DNA of 59,174 bases from a virus. Its lineage: Duplodnaviria > Caudoviricetes. This document shows positions 7,839 through 17,789 of this stretch, one piece after another. Both the position numbers and the translations under genes were made by a program. Positions within the stretch are counted from its first letter, which is position 1. Each line of letters opens with the position of its first letter. The notes below the pieces were generated by a model, which made no database searches, had not been told where the DNA came from, and worked only from the letters and a program-made list of their open reading frames with translations. Location of the stretch: positions 1-59,174 of the IMG/VR virus record IMGVR_UViG_3300029787_000038; one strand, 5' to 3'.

Positions 7839-8651
7839 ATGGAAAAACAAATAGAAAATATGACCGATCAAGAATTAGTTGATTATTTATTCGATAAAGT
7901 GGACGTAAAAAAAACTATTTATAAAATGTTAACTGAAAATACAGGAACTCATTTTTTGGATTCAGGCGGGGCTAGTAATAGGAATTGGCAACGTAACCAA
8001 ATAAAAACAATTAAAGACTTTCAAGATGAACCTGAGGCTACTTTAAGTTTTGATGTTATCGGAGATGATATATATTTAGATCCAACTGTATCCGTATTTC
8101 ATAAATTATCTAAAGTATTAGATGAATGTAAAATATGTAAAGATTTTAACGCTATGAAAGTTAATAATTGGGATAGCCAAAACTATATGGGCGTGAGTAA
8201 AGAGGGAGAAAACTTTTTAAACTCTTACGGGTTTACTACTCCAGATAATCCCGATTGGAATACATACAATTGGGATAACTGTTTTAGTCAAGTTGTGCAG
8301 GGGACTAATTTAATTAGTGATAACAACGAGAATTATGTTCTTATTCAGATACATCAGGGCGCGGATGTAAGAGGGGGATATACGGACGCTAAACTATTTA
8401 TTATCTCTCATGGCTATGATTGTTTACATTATTCTGTACATGATGATAGTTGTATGTTCAGCGTTATTGATCCCGCAATTGATGTACTAACGAAAGATAT
8501 GTTTAAGGTCGCGCATGAAAACGAATTAATAATTGATTATCGTTTTAATTATTTTACTTGTAAAGACGGGATAGAAATTGACCAAGAATATATTAAAAAG
8601 TTTGCAACGTTATGCGATTATAAAACTATTAGCGGTTATATATCTGAATAA
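7839..8651 (+). CDS. Phage hypothetical protein
   Basis: ENTGTHFLDSGG and QIHQGADVRGGYT motifs; start placed after the ACATGGAG RBS. Confidence 0.8.
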   Translation: MEKQIENMTDQELVDYLFDKVDVKKTIYKMLTENTGTHFLDSGGASNRNWQRNQIKTIKDFQDEPEATLSFDVIGDDIYLDPTVSVFHKLSKVLDECKICKDFNAMKVNNWDSQNYMGVSKEGENFLNSYGFTTPDNPDWNTYNWDNCFSQVVQGTNLISDNNENYVLIQIHQGADVRGGYTDAKLFIISHGYDCLHYSVHDDSCMFSVIDPAIDVLTKDMFKVAHENELIIDYRFNYFTCKDGIEIDQEYIKKFATLCDYKTISGYISE

Positions 8652-8740
8652 AAAAGCTTGCAATATAAGAGAAATAATATATTTTAATAGGGCGGGGTAG
8701 TTTTTCCCGCCTTATTTTATTAATTAACATGGAGTAAAAA

Positions 8741-9724
8741 ATGAATAAAATAGTAGACAATTTAATAAATAACGCAATCGCAACCGCAGAAAATACTCAG
8801 GACGTAGTATTCCCGCCATTGGAAAAAGTTAATTTTTCGGCCGTAAAAACCCCGATTTATTTACGTAATGTTAGCGGGGATTATGTACCCGTACCAATGG
8901 AAACGGGGCAAGCAATTATAAGAACCGATAATAGTACCCCGCTCGGCGTAATGAAAAAAAGATACGCAATCGCGGATAATTCTGAATTAGATAATGCGGT
9001 GCGCGAGGGATTAGAAGATTCACTTCCTAAAGAGGCCTTACAAAATATTAAGTTAATTGAAAAAACCGCCGATAATGGTTCAATATGTCGTTGGGGTTAT
9101 TCTTTTGACGGCCTCGGCCGAGATATCCGCCAATTAACGGGTAGTAAAACACAATTAAATTTTCGTGTTATGATCATTAATAGTTTTGGAGGCCAAACCG
9201 CTATTAGATTACAAGCGGGCGCAGAAGATTTATGGTGTACTAATGGTTGCACATCTGCAGAATTAATGGCCACCGCTTTCGGTCATACCGCTAGTTTTAA
9301 CCCCGCCCAAGTAAAACCATTTATTGAAAAGCAAGTAGAATACTACGAGTTAAAGGTTCAGACTTGGCAAGCATGGGCTAACAAAGAAATTAATTTTGAT
9401 CAGGCTTTTAAAGTTTTGCAAGATAATTACCCCGCCTCGGAAAGTGAAATTAAAAGAGCAGAAAAAAAAGGATTTACCGCGGGCGAGGCAAAATCCAGAA
9501 AAACCGCGCAGATGATGGAGCAATTTGAAAAGGAAGCGGAGCAACGCGGGTCAACTGTTTGGTCTCTTTATTCAGCGTTAACTTTCTATAGCTCCCATTC
9601 GGAGGGTTCATTCACTGTTAAAAATTCTGCTAATCGGGATAATGTAGAAACAACTTTGATACAAAGAGAGCGCGAAGTTAATAACGTGACCGCGTCTGAA
9701 AGTTTTTTAGAATTGGCGGGATAA
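8741..9724 (+). CDS. DUF932/DUF945-like phage/plasmid protein
   Basis: INSFGG...WCTNG and GSTVWSLYSALT patterns. Confidence 0.7.
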   Translation: MNKIVDNLINNAIATAENTQDVVFPPLEKVNFSAVKTPIYLRNVSGDYVPVPMETGQAIIRTDNSTPLGVMKKRYAIADNSELDNAVREGLEDSLPKEALQNIKLIEKTADNGSICRWGYSFDGLGRDIRQLTGSKTQLNFRVMIINSFGGQTAIRLQAGAEDLWCTNGCTSAELMATAFGHTASFNPAQVKPFIEKQVEYYELKVQTWQAWANKEINFDQAFKVLQDNYPASESEIKRAEKKGFTAGEAKSRKTAQMMEQFEKEAEQRGSTVWSLYSALTFYSSHSEGSFTVKNSANRDNVETTLIQREREVNNVTASESFLELAG

Positions 9725-9750
9725 TGTAAACCTATTATATAATCAAAATT

Positions 9751-9778
9751 AAGGCGGTCTCAGTACCGCCTTTTTTTA
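9751..9778 (+). terminator. Rho-independent terminator
   Basis: AAGGCGGT/ACCGCCTT plus T-run. Confidence 0.8.
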
Positions 9779-9875
9779 TTTCTTTATTTTAGTAAAACAA
9801 GCGGAGAACCGCCCGCCCTGAACCATTTTAAACGTACCAGAACCATGAACCGCGGACAGTTGACCAGCAACCGCA

Positions 9876-9921
9876 TTAAAAATCATCAGCTGTTAATTTT
9901 AAAAATCGTCAGCTGTTAATT
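9876..9921. repeat. 2 x 23-bp tandem repeat in the non-coding region before terL
   Basis: TTAAAAATC(A/G)TCAGCTGTTAATT x2. Confidence 0.85.
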
Positions 9922-10252
9922 TTTAGCTAACGAAAATTTACGATTAAAAAAACCCGAAATATTTTCGGGGCGGGGTATTTCCGACTCCGAATCTTGTACC
10001 GCGTCCGAGATAAAATATTTTAGAACCGCGCACCGCGGACGGAGTATTTTTTTTAAAGGATGTTTAGGAGACCTCATAATATCGGGTCAATTTTTCACGA
10101 TCAAAAAACCAAAAAAATCGCACCAGAAACCACCGCCCGCGTGTTTGTGGCACGAGTGCAAGTGCCATGTTTTTCACAAATATTTATGCGTAAAAACGAA
10201 CAAGTATTTACTATTTTGAAAAAAGTGCTATTTTAACGCTCAGGGACCCCCG

Positions 10253-11713
10253 ATGAATGTACAGATAAATCAGACCAATGAAGATAAACTTTTGAAGCTC
10301 AGACTGCGGTTAGCGCAGCTTGAAAAGAACGAGGCTTGTCAGGATAATTTTTTAACTTTTGTACGTTCCATGTGGCCTGATTTTATTGCAGGTAGGCATC
10401 ATTATATCATAGCGGAGAAGCTTCAGCGGGTCGCGAAAGGCGAACTTAAACGCTTGATTATCAACATGGCTCCGCGACACACGAAAAGTGAGTTTGCTTC
10501 CTTTTTGTTTCCTGCGTGGATGATGGGCCGTAATCCGCGAATGAAGATCATTCAAGCGACACACACGACGGAACTGGCGGTGAATTTTGGTAGAAAGACT
10601 AAGAATTTGATTGACAGTGATGATTATAAGATGGTGTTTCCTGACGTTAAGTTGGCGGCGGATAGTAAGGCCAGTGGTCGGTGGGACACGAGCAGTGGTG
10701 GGATGTATTATGCTGTGGGTGTGGGCTCGAACTTGGCGGGACGTGGTGGTGACTTGGTGATTATTGACGATCCGCATTCAGAGCAAACGGCGATGAGCAG
10801 TAGTGGTTTTGACGATGCTTGGGATTGGTATACGGGCGGACCTAGACAGCGTTTACAGCCGGGCGGTAGTATTGTTCTGGTGCAAACGAGATGGTCGGAG
10901 AAGGACATGACAGGTCAGTTGATGCGGGCGATGGCGAAAGACGACAGGGCGGATCAGTGGGAGATTGTGGAGTTACCTGCTATCTTTGAGGACGGCAAGC
11001 CATGTTGGCCTGAGTATTGGAGTTTGGATGATTTGACCGCGGTCCGCGCTTCCATACCGCCTAGTAAATGGAATGCCCAGTATCAGCAGAACCCGACGGG
11101 TGAGGAGAATGCGATTATCCCGCGCGAGTGGTGGAGGCGTTGGGAGAAAGAGAGGATACCGCAGTTGCAGTATGTGATACAGAGTTATGATACGGCTTTT
11201 AGTAAGAGGGAGACGAGTGACTACAGTGCGATTACGACGTGGGGTGTGTTCTTTCCTGAAGAGGGCGGAGCCCCTAATTTAATTTTGTTGGATAGTAAGA
11301 AGGGTCGGTGGGACTTTCCTGAGTTGAAGGGCATGGCGTTTGAGTTGTGGGAATACTGGGAGCCTGATGCGGTAATTGTAGAGGCCAAGGCGAGTGGTAT
11401 GCCGTTGACGCATGAGATGAGGCAGACGGGTATACCTGTTGTAAATTTTACGCCTAGTAAGGGTAATGACAAGGTGACGAGGGTCCATGCGGTTAGTCCG
11501 TTGTTTGAGGCGGGTATGGTTTGGGCCCCCGATGAGACGTGGGCGGATGAGATGATAGAGGAGGTGGCAGCTTTTCCGAATGGGGAGTATGACGACTTGG
11601 TGGATAGCATGACACAGGCCCTTATGAGGTATCGTCAGGGTAATTTTGTACAATTACCAACAGATGACTGGCAAGATGAAGAAAATTCTGTTAAGGTAAG
11701 GGCGTATTACTAA
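10253..11713 (+). CDS. terL: Terminase large subunit
   Basis: Walker A-like MAPRHTKS, Walker B IIDD, QTRW, nuclease SYDTA and DDLVD. Confidence 0.95.
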   Translation: MNVQINQTNEDKLLKLRLRLAQLEKNEACQDNFLTFVRSMWPDFIAGRHHYIIAEKLQRVAKGELKRLIINMAPRHTKSEFASFLFPAWMMGRNPRMKIIQATHTTELAVNFGRKTKNLIDSDDYKMVFPDVKLAADSKASGRWDTSSGGMYYAVGVGSNLAGRGGDLVIIDDPHSEQTAMSSSGFDDAWDWYTGGPRQRLQPGGSIVLVQTRWSEKDMTGQLMRAMAKDDRADQWEIVELPAIFEDGKPCWPEYWSLDDLTAVRASIPPSKWNAQYQQNPTGEENAIIPREWWRRWEKERIPQLQYVIQSYDTAFSKRETSDYSAITTWGVFFPEEGGAPNLILLDSKKGRWDFPELKGMAFELWEYWEPDAVIVEAKASGMPLTHEMRQTGIPVVNFTPSKGNDKVTRVHAVSPLFEAGMVWAPDETWADEMIEEVAAFPNGEYDDLVDSMTQALMRYRQGNFVQLPTDDWQDEENSVKVRAYY

Positions 11714-11727
11714 TTTAGGAACATAAC

Positions 11728-14130
11728 ATGGTAGACACAGTTGGAAGTTTAATGGACACAAACGTCCCTTCGCAGTTGGACGAAGAGGATCTAAAGGCCG
11801 AGATAGAGCTTGAAATACCCAGTACTGATGAGCCGTTGCTCACGGATCCCGATATAGAGATTGAGATTACGGAAGAAGACGATGGTGGGGTGACGGTGGA
11901 CTTTGAGCCTGAGGAGGAGAGAACCGAGGCGGGATTTACAGAAAACCTTGCGGAGATGATTTCTGATACGGAACTGGGACGTATATCTTCTGAGTTACTG
12001 GGCGAGTTTGATGCGAATAAAGCTAGTCGTCAGGAGTGGGAGGACGCCTATACAGATGGTCTGGAGCTTCTAGGCTTTAATTATGAGGAGAGATCCCAAC
12101 CGTTTAGGGGCGCGAGTGGCGTGACGCATCCTTTGTTGGCGGAGGCAGCTACGCAGTTTCAGGCACAGGCGTTTAACGAGCTACTACCTTCTTCGGGGCC
12201 TGTTAGAACGGTGATTATGGGGGAAGATACCCGTGCCAAGCAGGAACAGTCCGAGCGGGTTCGTCACTTTATGAACTACTATATTACGAATGTAATGGAG
12301 GATTACACGCCTGACATGGATCAGATGCTGTTTTACCTACCGTTGGCGGGCAGTACGTTTAAGAAAGTGTACTTTGATGAGGTTATGGGTCAGGCTGTTA
12401 GCAAGTTTGTACCTGCAGAACAGTTAATTGTGCCTTATGACACGTCGGACTTGGACACCTGTCCGAATGTCACGCATATTATTCGTATGGGCTTGAATGA
12501 CCTAAGAAAGCAACAACTGGCAGGGGTCTATAGGGATATTAACGTGATACCTGTGCAAGGGGACGTGACCGAGGTACAGGGTGAAATCAACAGGATATCG
12601 GGCATGGAACCTTCCCAGATTGACTATGACTGTACGCTTTTGGAGTGTCATGTGGATCTGGACTTAAAAGGGTTTGAGGAGGTGGACGACGAGGGCGAGC
12701 CTACAGGGGTGAAGCTTCCTTATGTTGTCACCATTTCTCAGGACAACGGTCAGATTTTGTCAATCAGGAGAAACTACAAAGAGGGGGATAGCCTCAAGAA
12801 AAAAATACAATATTTTGTACATTTTAAATTTTTACCGGGCTTTGGTTTTTATGGACTGGGGTTAATTCATACGATTGGCGGGTTATCCAGAACGGCAACC
12901 GCAGCCCTTCGCCAGTTGATAGATGCAGGTACGTTATCTAATCTTCCTGCGGGTTTTAAAGCCCGTGGCCTGCGGATCAGGGACGATGAGGATCCTCTAC
13001 AGCCGGGTGAATTTAGGGACGTAGATGCACCGGGCGGTGCTATTAGGGACAGCTTGATGCCGTTACCGTTTAAGGGTCCTGACCAGACGTTATTTAATTT
13101 ATTAGGTTTTGTTGTTCAGGCAGGGCAGCGTTTTGCGACGATCACCGATATGAAGGTCGGGGACGGTAATCAACAGGCGGCAGTGGGTACAACACTGGCG
13201 TTATTGGAGCAGGGTAGCCGTGTAATGAGCGCGGTACACAAAAGGCTTCATTACGCTTTGCGGTTGGAGTTTAAACTGTTGGCTAAGGTAATGAGTGAGT
13301 TCTTACCGCAGGAATACCCGTATGCGGTAGAGGGTCAGGATCAAAAGATTATGGCGCAGGACTTTGACGAGCGGGTGGATATCCTACCTGTTTCTAACCC
13401 GAATACCTTTAGTCAGGCTCAGAGGATAGCTTTGGCGCAGACCAAGATGCAATTAGCGGCTCAAGCCCCTGAGATACACAATATGTATGAAGTGTATAGG
13501 GATATGTATGAAGCGATAGGTGTTTCGGATGTGGACAGGCTTTTAAAATCTATGCCAGATGAGGAACCGCGCCCCTTGGACCCTGCACAGGAAAACATAA
13601 ATGCAATGGAGATGATGACGTTAAAAGCCTTTGAGGGTCAGAACCATCAGGCGCACATACAGGCGCATCTGATCTTTGGTAGTACACCGATGGTGGCCTC
13701 TATACCACCTGTGGCAGCTACCTTGCAAAAGCACGTTTTGGAACACGTCAAGATACAAGCCGAGGAACAAGCTAGGGCTCAAATGGCACAGGCAGGACCT
13801 ATGCCTGCAGAAGGTCAGGAGATGCAGTTTCAGGCTATGGTGGCTCAGTTGGTGGCACAAGGTATGCAACAGGTTAAGCAACTATCTGGACAAATATCTG
13901 GTCAAGGACCTGATCCTCTGGTAAAACTAAAAGAGCAAGAGCTACAGATTCGGGCACAGTCTGAACAGAATGAGGCAAACACAGACAGGGCTAAACTACA
14001 ACTGGAAGCACAAAATCAGCAGATTAGAGCAGACCAGTTTGGTAAGAGGTTAGCCAGTCAGGAAGCCCAGACCGAGGCTAGGATCCAAAGCGCAATGGAA
14101 AGAGAACTGTTAAAGCAGAGAGGTAAATAG
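11728..14130 (+). CDS. Portal protein
   Basis: 800 aa directly after terL; acidic N-terminus and Q-rich coiled C-terminus. Confidence 0.85.
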   Translation: MVDTVGSLMDTNVPSQLDEEDLKAEIELEIPSTDEPLLTDPDIEIEITEEDDGGVTVDFEPEEERTEAGFTENLAEMISDTELGRISSELLGEFDANKASRQEWEDAYTDGLELLGFNYEERSQPFRGASGVTHPLLAEAATQFQAQAFNELLPSSGPVRTVIMGEDTRAKQEQSERVRHFMNYYITNVMEDYTPDMDQMLFYLPLAGSTFKKVYFDEVMGQAVSKFVPAEQLIVPYDTSDLDTCPNVTHIIRMGLNDLRKQQLAGVYRDINVIPVQGDVTEVQGEINRISGMEPSQIDYDCTLLECHVDLDLKGFEEVDDEGEPTGVKLPYVVTISQDNGQILSIRRNYKEGDSLKKKIQYFVHFKFLPGFGFYGLGLIHTIGGLSRTATAALRQLIDAGTLSNLPAGFKARGLRIRDDEDPLQPGEFRDVDAPGGAIRDSLMPLPFKGPDQTLFNLLGFVVQAGQRFATITDMKVGDGNQQAAVGTTLALLEQGSRVMSAVHKRLHYALRLEFKLLAKVMSEFLPQEYPYAVEGQDQKIMAQDFDERVDILPVSNPNTFSQAQRIALAQTKMQLAAQAPEIHNMYEVYRDMYEAIGVSDVDRLLKSMPDEEPRPLDPAQENINAMEMMTLKAFEGQNHQAHIQAHLIFGSTPMVASIPPVAATLQKHVLEHVKIQAEEQARAQMAQAGPMPAEGQEMQFQAMVAQLVAQGMQQVKQLSGQISGQGPDPLVKLKEQELQIRAQSEQNEANTDRAKLQLEAQNQQIRADQFGKRLASQEAQTEARIQSAMERELLKQRGK

Positions 14131-14131
14131 T

Positions 14132-14335
14132 ATGGCAAAGAAAAAAGTAACTGGAATAAGCAGTATGGAAGATTATAGCAAGGATTTATTAGACTTTGGT
14201 GCAAGAATTGCGGGAGCTTCTATTGGTGCAAAAATCGCAGGTGCAGGACCGGGCTCCATCATTGCAGCAGGTAGAGGGGCAGATAAATTAAGTAAAAAAT
14301 TTAAAAAAGCAACAAGCAAAGTTAGGGGTTATTAA
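14132..14335 (+). CDS. Small protein homologous to a segment of the 41434-45441 protein
   Basis: LDF...GPGSIIAAGRGA shared. Confidence 0.7.
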   Translation: MAKKKVTGISSMEDYSKDLLDFGARIAGASIGAKIAGAGPGSIIAAGRGADKLSKKFKKATSKVRGY

Positions 14336-14336
14336 A

Positions 14337-14534
14337 ATGGCTAGAAAAGTTAAAATAGTTACAAACACACCCGGTCCTGCACCAAAGGCAACAATGTCTG
14401 CAGAAATCAAGGGTCAGGGCACCATACCTTATGGCGAGGCTAAAGAGGTACAAGTTCCTACTAAGCTAAGGACTATGACGGTTAGAGGTATGGGGGCAGC
14501 CATTAAGGGTGGTAATTACCACGGTTGTTCATAA
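14337..14534 (+). CDS. Small basic protein (RGMGAAIKGG motif)
   Basis: ORF track; operon packing. Confidence 0.7.
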   Translation: MARKVKIVTNTPGPAPKATMSAEIKGQGTIPYGEAKEVQVPTKLRTMTVRGMGAAIKGGNYHGCS

Positions 14535-14723
14535 ATGCCTTTAAAAAAAGGTTCTAGTCAGAAAACAATAAGTAAGAACATAAGCAAGCTTAGAGACGAG
14601 GGGTATCCTCAAAATCAGGCAGTGGCTATAGCTTTATCAACCGCAAACAAAAAAAGTAAGGGAGGAGTTGTACAGGGGTTCAGCAAGATTGCTAGACCTC
14701 AGAAGTTTAAAGGAATATTCTAA
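14535..14723 (+). CDS. Small basic protein ([16 protein letters not shown]...QAVAIAL)
   Basis: Recurrent small phage protein pattern. Confidence 0.75.
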   Translation: MPLKKGSSQKTISKNISKLRDEGYPQNQAVAIALSTANKKSKGGVVQGFSKIARPQKFKGIF

Positions 14724-15211
14724 TGTTAGATCCCGCTAGTATTGCAACGGCTTTAAGTCTTAGTACGGCAGCTTTTAACAATATAAAAAAAGCATTTGCT
14801 ATGGGACGGGATATAGAACAGATGGGCGGTGATCTGTCAAGATGGATGAACGCCTCCAGTGACATAGATAATGCGGTAAAGTCTACAGCCAACCCTCCAT
14901 TTTATAAGAAGATGTTGAGCGGTGATACGGTAGAAGAAGCTGCTATGAAATCTTTAGTCGCACAAAAAACCCTTGAAAAACAAAGATATGAATTACAACA
15001 GTTCGTTAAATTTAAGTTTGGCGTAAAAGCTTGGGACGATTTATTAAAGATGGAAGGCACTATTCGTAAAAAAAGACAAGAGCTTATTTACAAGCGACAA
15101 GAACTTAAACAAAAAATAATTGAAGGTCTTTTTGTTATTATCTTGATAAGTTCTCTTATAGGACTAATCTTCTTTGCAATATGGTTGAAAAAACAACAAG
15201 ATGGAAATTGA
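14723..15211 (+). CDS. Membrane-anchored hypothetical protein
   Basis: C-terminal hydrophobic helix. Confidence 0.75.
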   Translation: MLDPASIATALSLSTAAFNNIKKAFAMGRDIEQMGGDLSRWMNASSDIDNAVKSTANPPFYKKMLSGDTVEEAAMKSLVAQKTLEKQRYELQQFVKFKFGVKAWDDLLKMEGTIRKKRQELIYKRQELKQKIIEGLFVIILISSLIGLIFFAIWLKKQQDGN

Positions 15212-15293
15212 AGATGTCTTATTGTACATTATTGTTCTAGCGGCTTTTTATTGGACTATACTTTTTCCTCCAAAATGGTTATTTATACAATAA
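15201..15293 (+). CDS. 30-aa hydrophobic peptide, not in track
   Basis: MEIEDVLLYIIVLAAFYWTILFPPKWLFIQ; ends TAATG at the MTase start. Confidence 0.45.
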   Translation: MEIEDVLLYIIVLAAFYWTILFPPKWLFIQ

Positions 15294-15844
15294 TGGGAAA
15301 AAGATCAGAGTTTGGCAGGATAGATAAGGATTTTTATCCAACGCCTGCAAAAGCATTAGAACCTTTGTTACCTCACTTAGAGGGTTATATCTCTTATGCC
15401 GAACCAATGGCGGGCAACGGTTCACTTATAAATGCCATGGATCAGTTTTCTGATTTGAAATGCAAGTGGCGTTCTGATATTTATCCGCAAAGAGAAGATA
15501 TAAAACAAGCTAATGTATTTGACTTAACCTTAAAAGAAATAGGTGTAGATACGGATTTAATTATTACAAACCCGCCTTGGTCAAGGGAGGTACTACACGA
15601 TACGATTATGCACTTATCTGCCATTAGACCTAGTTGGTTATTGTTCTATGCAGATTGGATGCACACCATACAAGCCGTACAATATTTACCTTATTGTCAA
15701 AAAATACAAAGTATTGGTAGAGTAAAGTGGTTTCCAGAAACACCCCATACAGGTAAGGACAATGTGTGTTGGTATTTATTTGATCAAAGAAAAAAATCTG
15801 ATACAGTAGAGTTTTACCCTAGAGGATGGTTGTTAACGACATGA
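15293..15844 (+). CDS. DNA amino-methyltransferase (N6-adenine type)
   Basis: DFYPTP, EPMAGNG and ITNPPW motifs. Confidence 0.8.
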   Translation: MGKRSEFGRIDKDFYPTPAKALEPLLPHLEGYISYAEPMAGNGSLINAMDQFSDLKCKWRSDIYPQREDIKQANVFDLTLKEIGVDTDLIITNPPWSREVLHDTIMHLSAIRPSWLLFYADWMHTIQAVQYLPYCQKIQSIGRVKWFPETPHTGKDNVCWYLFDQRKKSDTVEFYPRGWLLTT

Positions 15845-16191
15845 CACAAAAAAAATTACAAAAAGGTTCTACATGGGAACTGTTAGATAAAAACGGTGAT
15901 GGGATTGTAGACGATAAAGAATTAGAGCGAAGAGAGCGTATGGTTTTGCTTGAGAACCGTGATAAGAAAGAAGATCAGCAACGTCATTTGGTTTGGTTTT
16001 CTGCAATAACAGTAACGGTATTTATTATTGTATTAATGACACCTGTCGTACCCATAGATAGAATTGATCACTTGAGTGGTATTGGCGAAATTTGGATATT
16101 ATCCAACATGGGAATAATCGGCAGTTTTATCGGGTTTAATCAATTAGCCAAGCGTGGAAACAAAGGGGAGAATAATGGGGCTATTAGATAA
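15841..16191 (+). CDS. Two-TM membrane protein with EF-hand-like loop (holin/antiholin candidate)
   Basis: DKNGDGIVDDKE plus two hydrophobic helices in the lysis region. Confidence 0.65.
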   Translation: MTQKKLQKGSTWELLDKNGDGIVDDKELERRERMVLLENRDKKEDQQRHLVWFSAITVTVFIIVLMTPVVPIDRIDHLSGIGEIWILSNMGIIGSFIGFNQLAKRGNKGENNGAIR

Positions 16192-16576
16192 TCTTATACA
16201 ACCAGTATCTAAGATACTAGACAAAGCAATACCTGACCAAGATCTCAAACGAAAGTTATCCCATGAGATTGCAACCATGTCAGAAAAACACGCTCAGGAG
16301 TTGGCCCTCGCTCAAGTTAAGGTTAATGCTGCAGAAGCAGCGAGTGGAAGCCTGTTTAAAGGTGGGTGGCGTCCTTGCATTGGTTGGATCTGTGGGATTG
16401 CTTTTGGCTATCACTTTGTTCTTCAGCCAGTTATTATTTTTGTAGTGGCATTAGTTGGTATAGAAATACCAGAGTTGCCAGAGTTTGATATGGGTACACT
16501 TCTTACTGTCCTCGGAGGTATGCTCGGAATTGGAGGACTTAGAACTTATGAAAAGCAGAAAGGGTTAACAAAATGA
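16175..16576 (+). CDS. Holin (GTA 3TM holin-like)
   Basis: GWRPCIGW and LGGMLGIGGLRTYEK; precedes endolysin. Confidence 0.8.
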   Translation: MGLLDNLIQPVSKILDKAIPDQDLKRKLSHEIATMSEKHAQELALAQVKVNAAEAASGSLFKGGWRPCIGWICGIAFGYHFVLQPVIIFVVALVGIEIPELPEFDMGTLLTVLGGMLGIGGLRTYEKQKGLTK

Positions 16577-17028
16577 GTTTTAAATTAAGTCAAAGATCTT
16601 TAGATAAACTAGAGGGGGTACATCCAGATATGGTCAAGTGTGTTACCTCGGCCATAAACTACTCAAAAGTGGATTTCGGTGTGATTTGCGGGATGAGATC
16701 GGAGGCCGAACAGCGCGAACTTGTTCAAAAAGGTGCTTCAAAAACAATGAAATCAAAACATTTAATTGGTCACGCCGTGGACCTCATGGCCTATCTTGGT
16801 TCGAGGGCATCATGGGAGTTGAATCTTTACGATGATATTGCAGATGCAATGGCACAAGCTGCTAAAGAACATAATGTTCCTATTAAATGGGGAGCAGCTT
16901 GGAGCATAGGAAATATAGCTCAATGGAATAGTGGGATGGAAGGTGCCATGAATAGTTATATTGACCTAAGACGAAAAGAAGGTAGACGCCCATTTTTGGA
17001 TGGACCTCATTTTGAGCTAATAAAATAA
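16573..17028 (+). CDS. Endolysin, M15 L-Ala-D-Glu peptidase
   Basis: SKHLIGHAVD and DGPHFEL. Confidence 0.9.
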   Translation: MSFKLSQRSLDKLEGVHPDMVKCVTSAINYSKVDFGVICGMRSEAEQRELVQKGASKTMKSKHLIGHAVDLMAYLGSRASWELNLYDDIADAMAQAAKEHNVPIKWGAAWSIGNIAQWNSGMEGAMNSYIDLRRKEGRRPFLDGPHFELIK

Positions 17029-17067
17029 GGGAATTTTCAACGCCATATTAAAATAGAAAGGGAAATC

Positions 17068-17787
17068 ATGGCTAATATATACACACCAAAAGACGAAGAG
17101 GAAATCTTTGCTCCATTTAGTCCTATTATAGGATATAAAAAAATGTCACCTAGCTTTGTAGATAGGCTCAACGACGCTATGGACGAGAATATGGAGGATT
17201 GGTCGCCTAATCTCGTAGGAAAAGTTTCACAAGAGTTAAAATTTACTAAGGAGCTAGATCAGCTTTGGGCAAAAGAAATGGGTACTTTTTTAATGAAGTA
17301 CCAAAGCCACGCTGAGTTATATACCTCTTTGGGTAAAAGAAACATACAACCTGACATTTTTAATTATAGCATAGACGTAACAAGTGGTTGGTTTGTTCGT
17401 CAGTTTGAAAATGAATATAACCCTATCCATGTTCACTTAGGCTCTTACTTATCCTGTGTAGGCTATTTAAAATTACCAGACGGGATAGATGAGGAGTGGG
17501 AAGAAGATTACAAAGATCACCATCCGTGTAATGGACACATACAATTTGTTTATGGACACGCAGCTAATCATACGGGATCTAATTGTTTAATGAAACCACA
17601 GGTCGGAGACTTTTATGTTTTTCCGGCTCATTTGCATCATTGTGTTTATCCGTTTAAAACAAAGGGTGAAAGACGTAGTTTTAGTGTGAATTGCACCATA
17701 TCGGCTACTTATAAAGATCCGTCACAAGAAGCTAAAACCTTTTCAGATCAAGAGAAAGAAATGCTTGTTGAAAAAGAAAAAGTTTAA
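17068..17787 (+). CDS. 2OG-Fe(II) oxygenase superfamily protein
   Basis: YNPIHVH, FPAHLHHCVYPF, RRSFSVN. Confidence 0.8.
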   Translation: MANIYTPKDEEEIFAPFSPIIGYKKMSPSFVDRLNDAMDENMEDWSPNLVGKVSQELKFTKELDQLWAKEMGTFLMKYQSHAELYTSLGKRNIQPDIFNYSIDVTSGWFVRQFENEYNPIHVHLGSYLSCVGYLKLPDGIDEEWEEDYKDHHPCNGHIQFVYGHAANHTGSNCLMKPQVGDFYVFPAHLHHCVYPFKTKGERRSFSVNCTISATYKDPSQEAKTFSDQEKEMLVEKEKV

Positions 17788-17789
17788 CG

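Noticed and set aside
10352-11653. Several minus-strand ORFs within terL and other long genes
   Set aside because: Shadow ORFs caused by codon bias; no RBS or recognisable motifs
8741-11713. GCGG as Chi-like AddAB protection sites
   Set aside because: Polarity looks mixed or opposite to what a genome end near 10.1 kb would require; kept only as an unexplained enrichment
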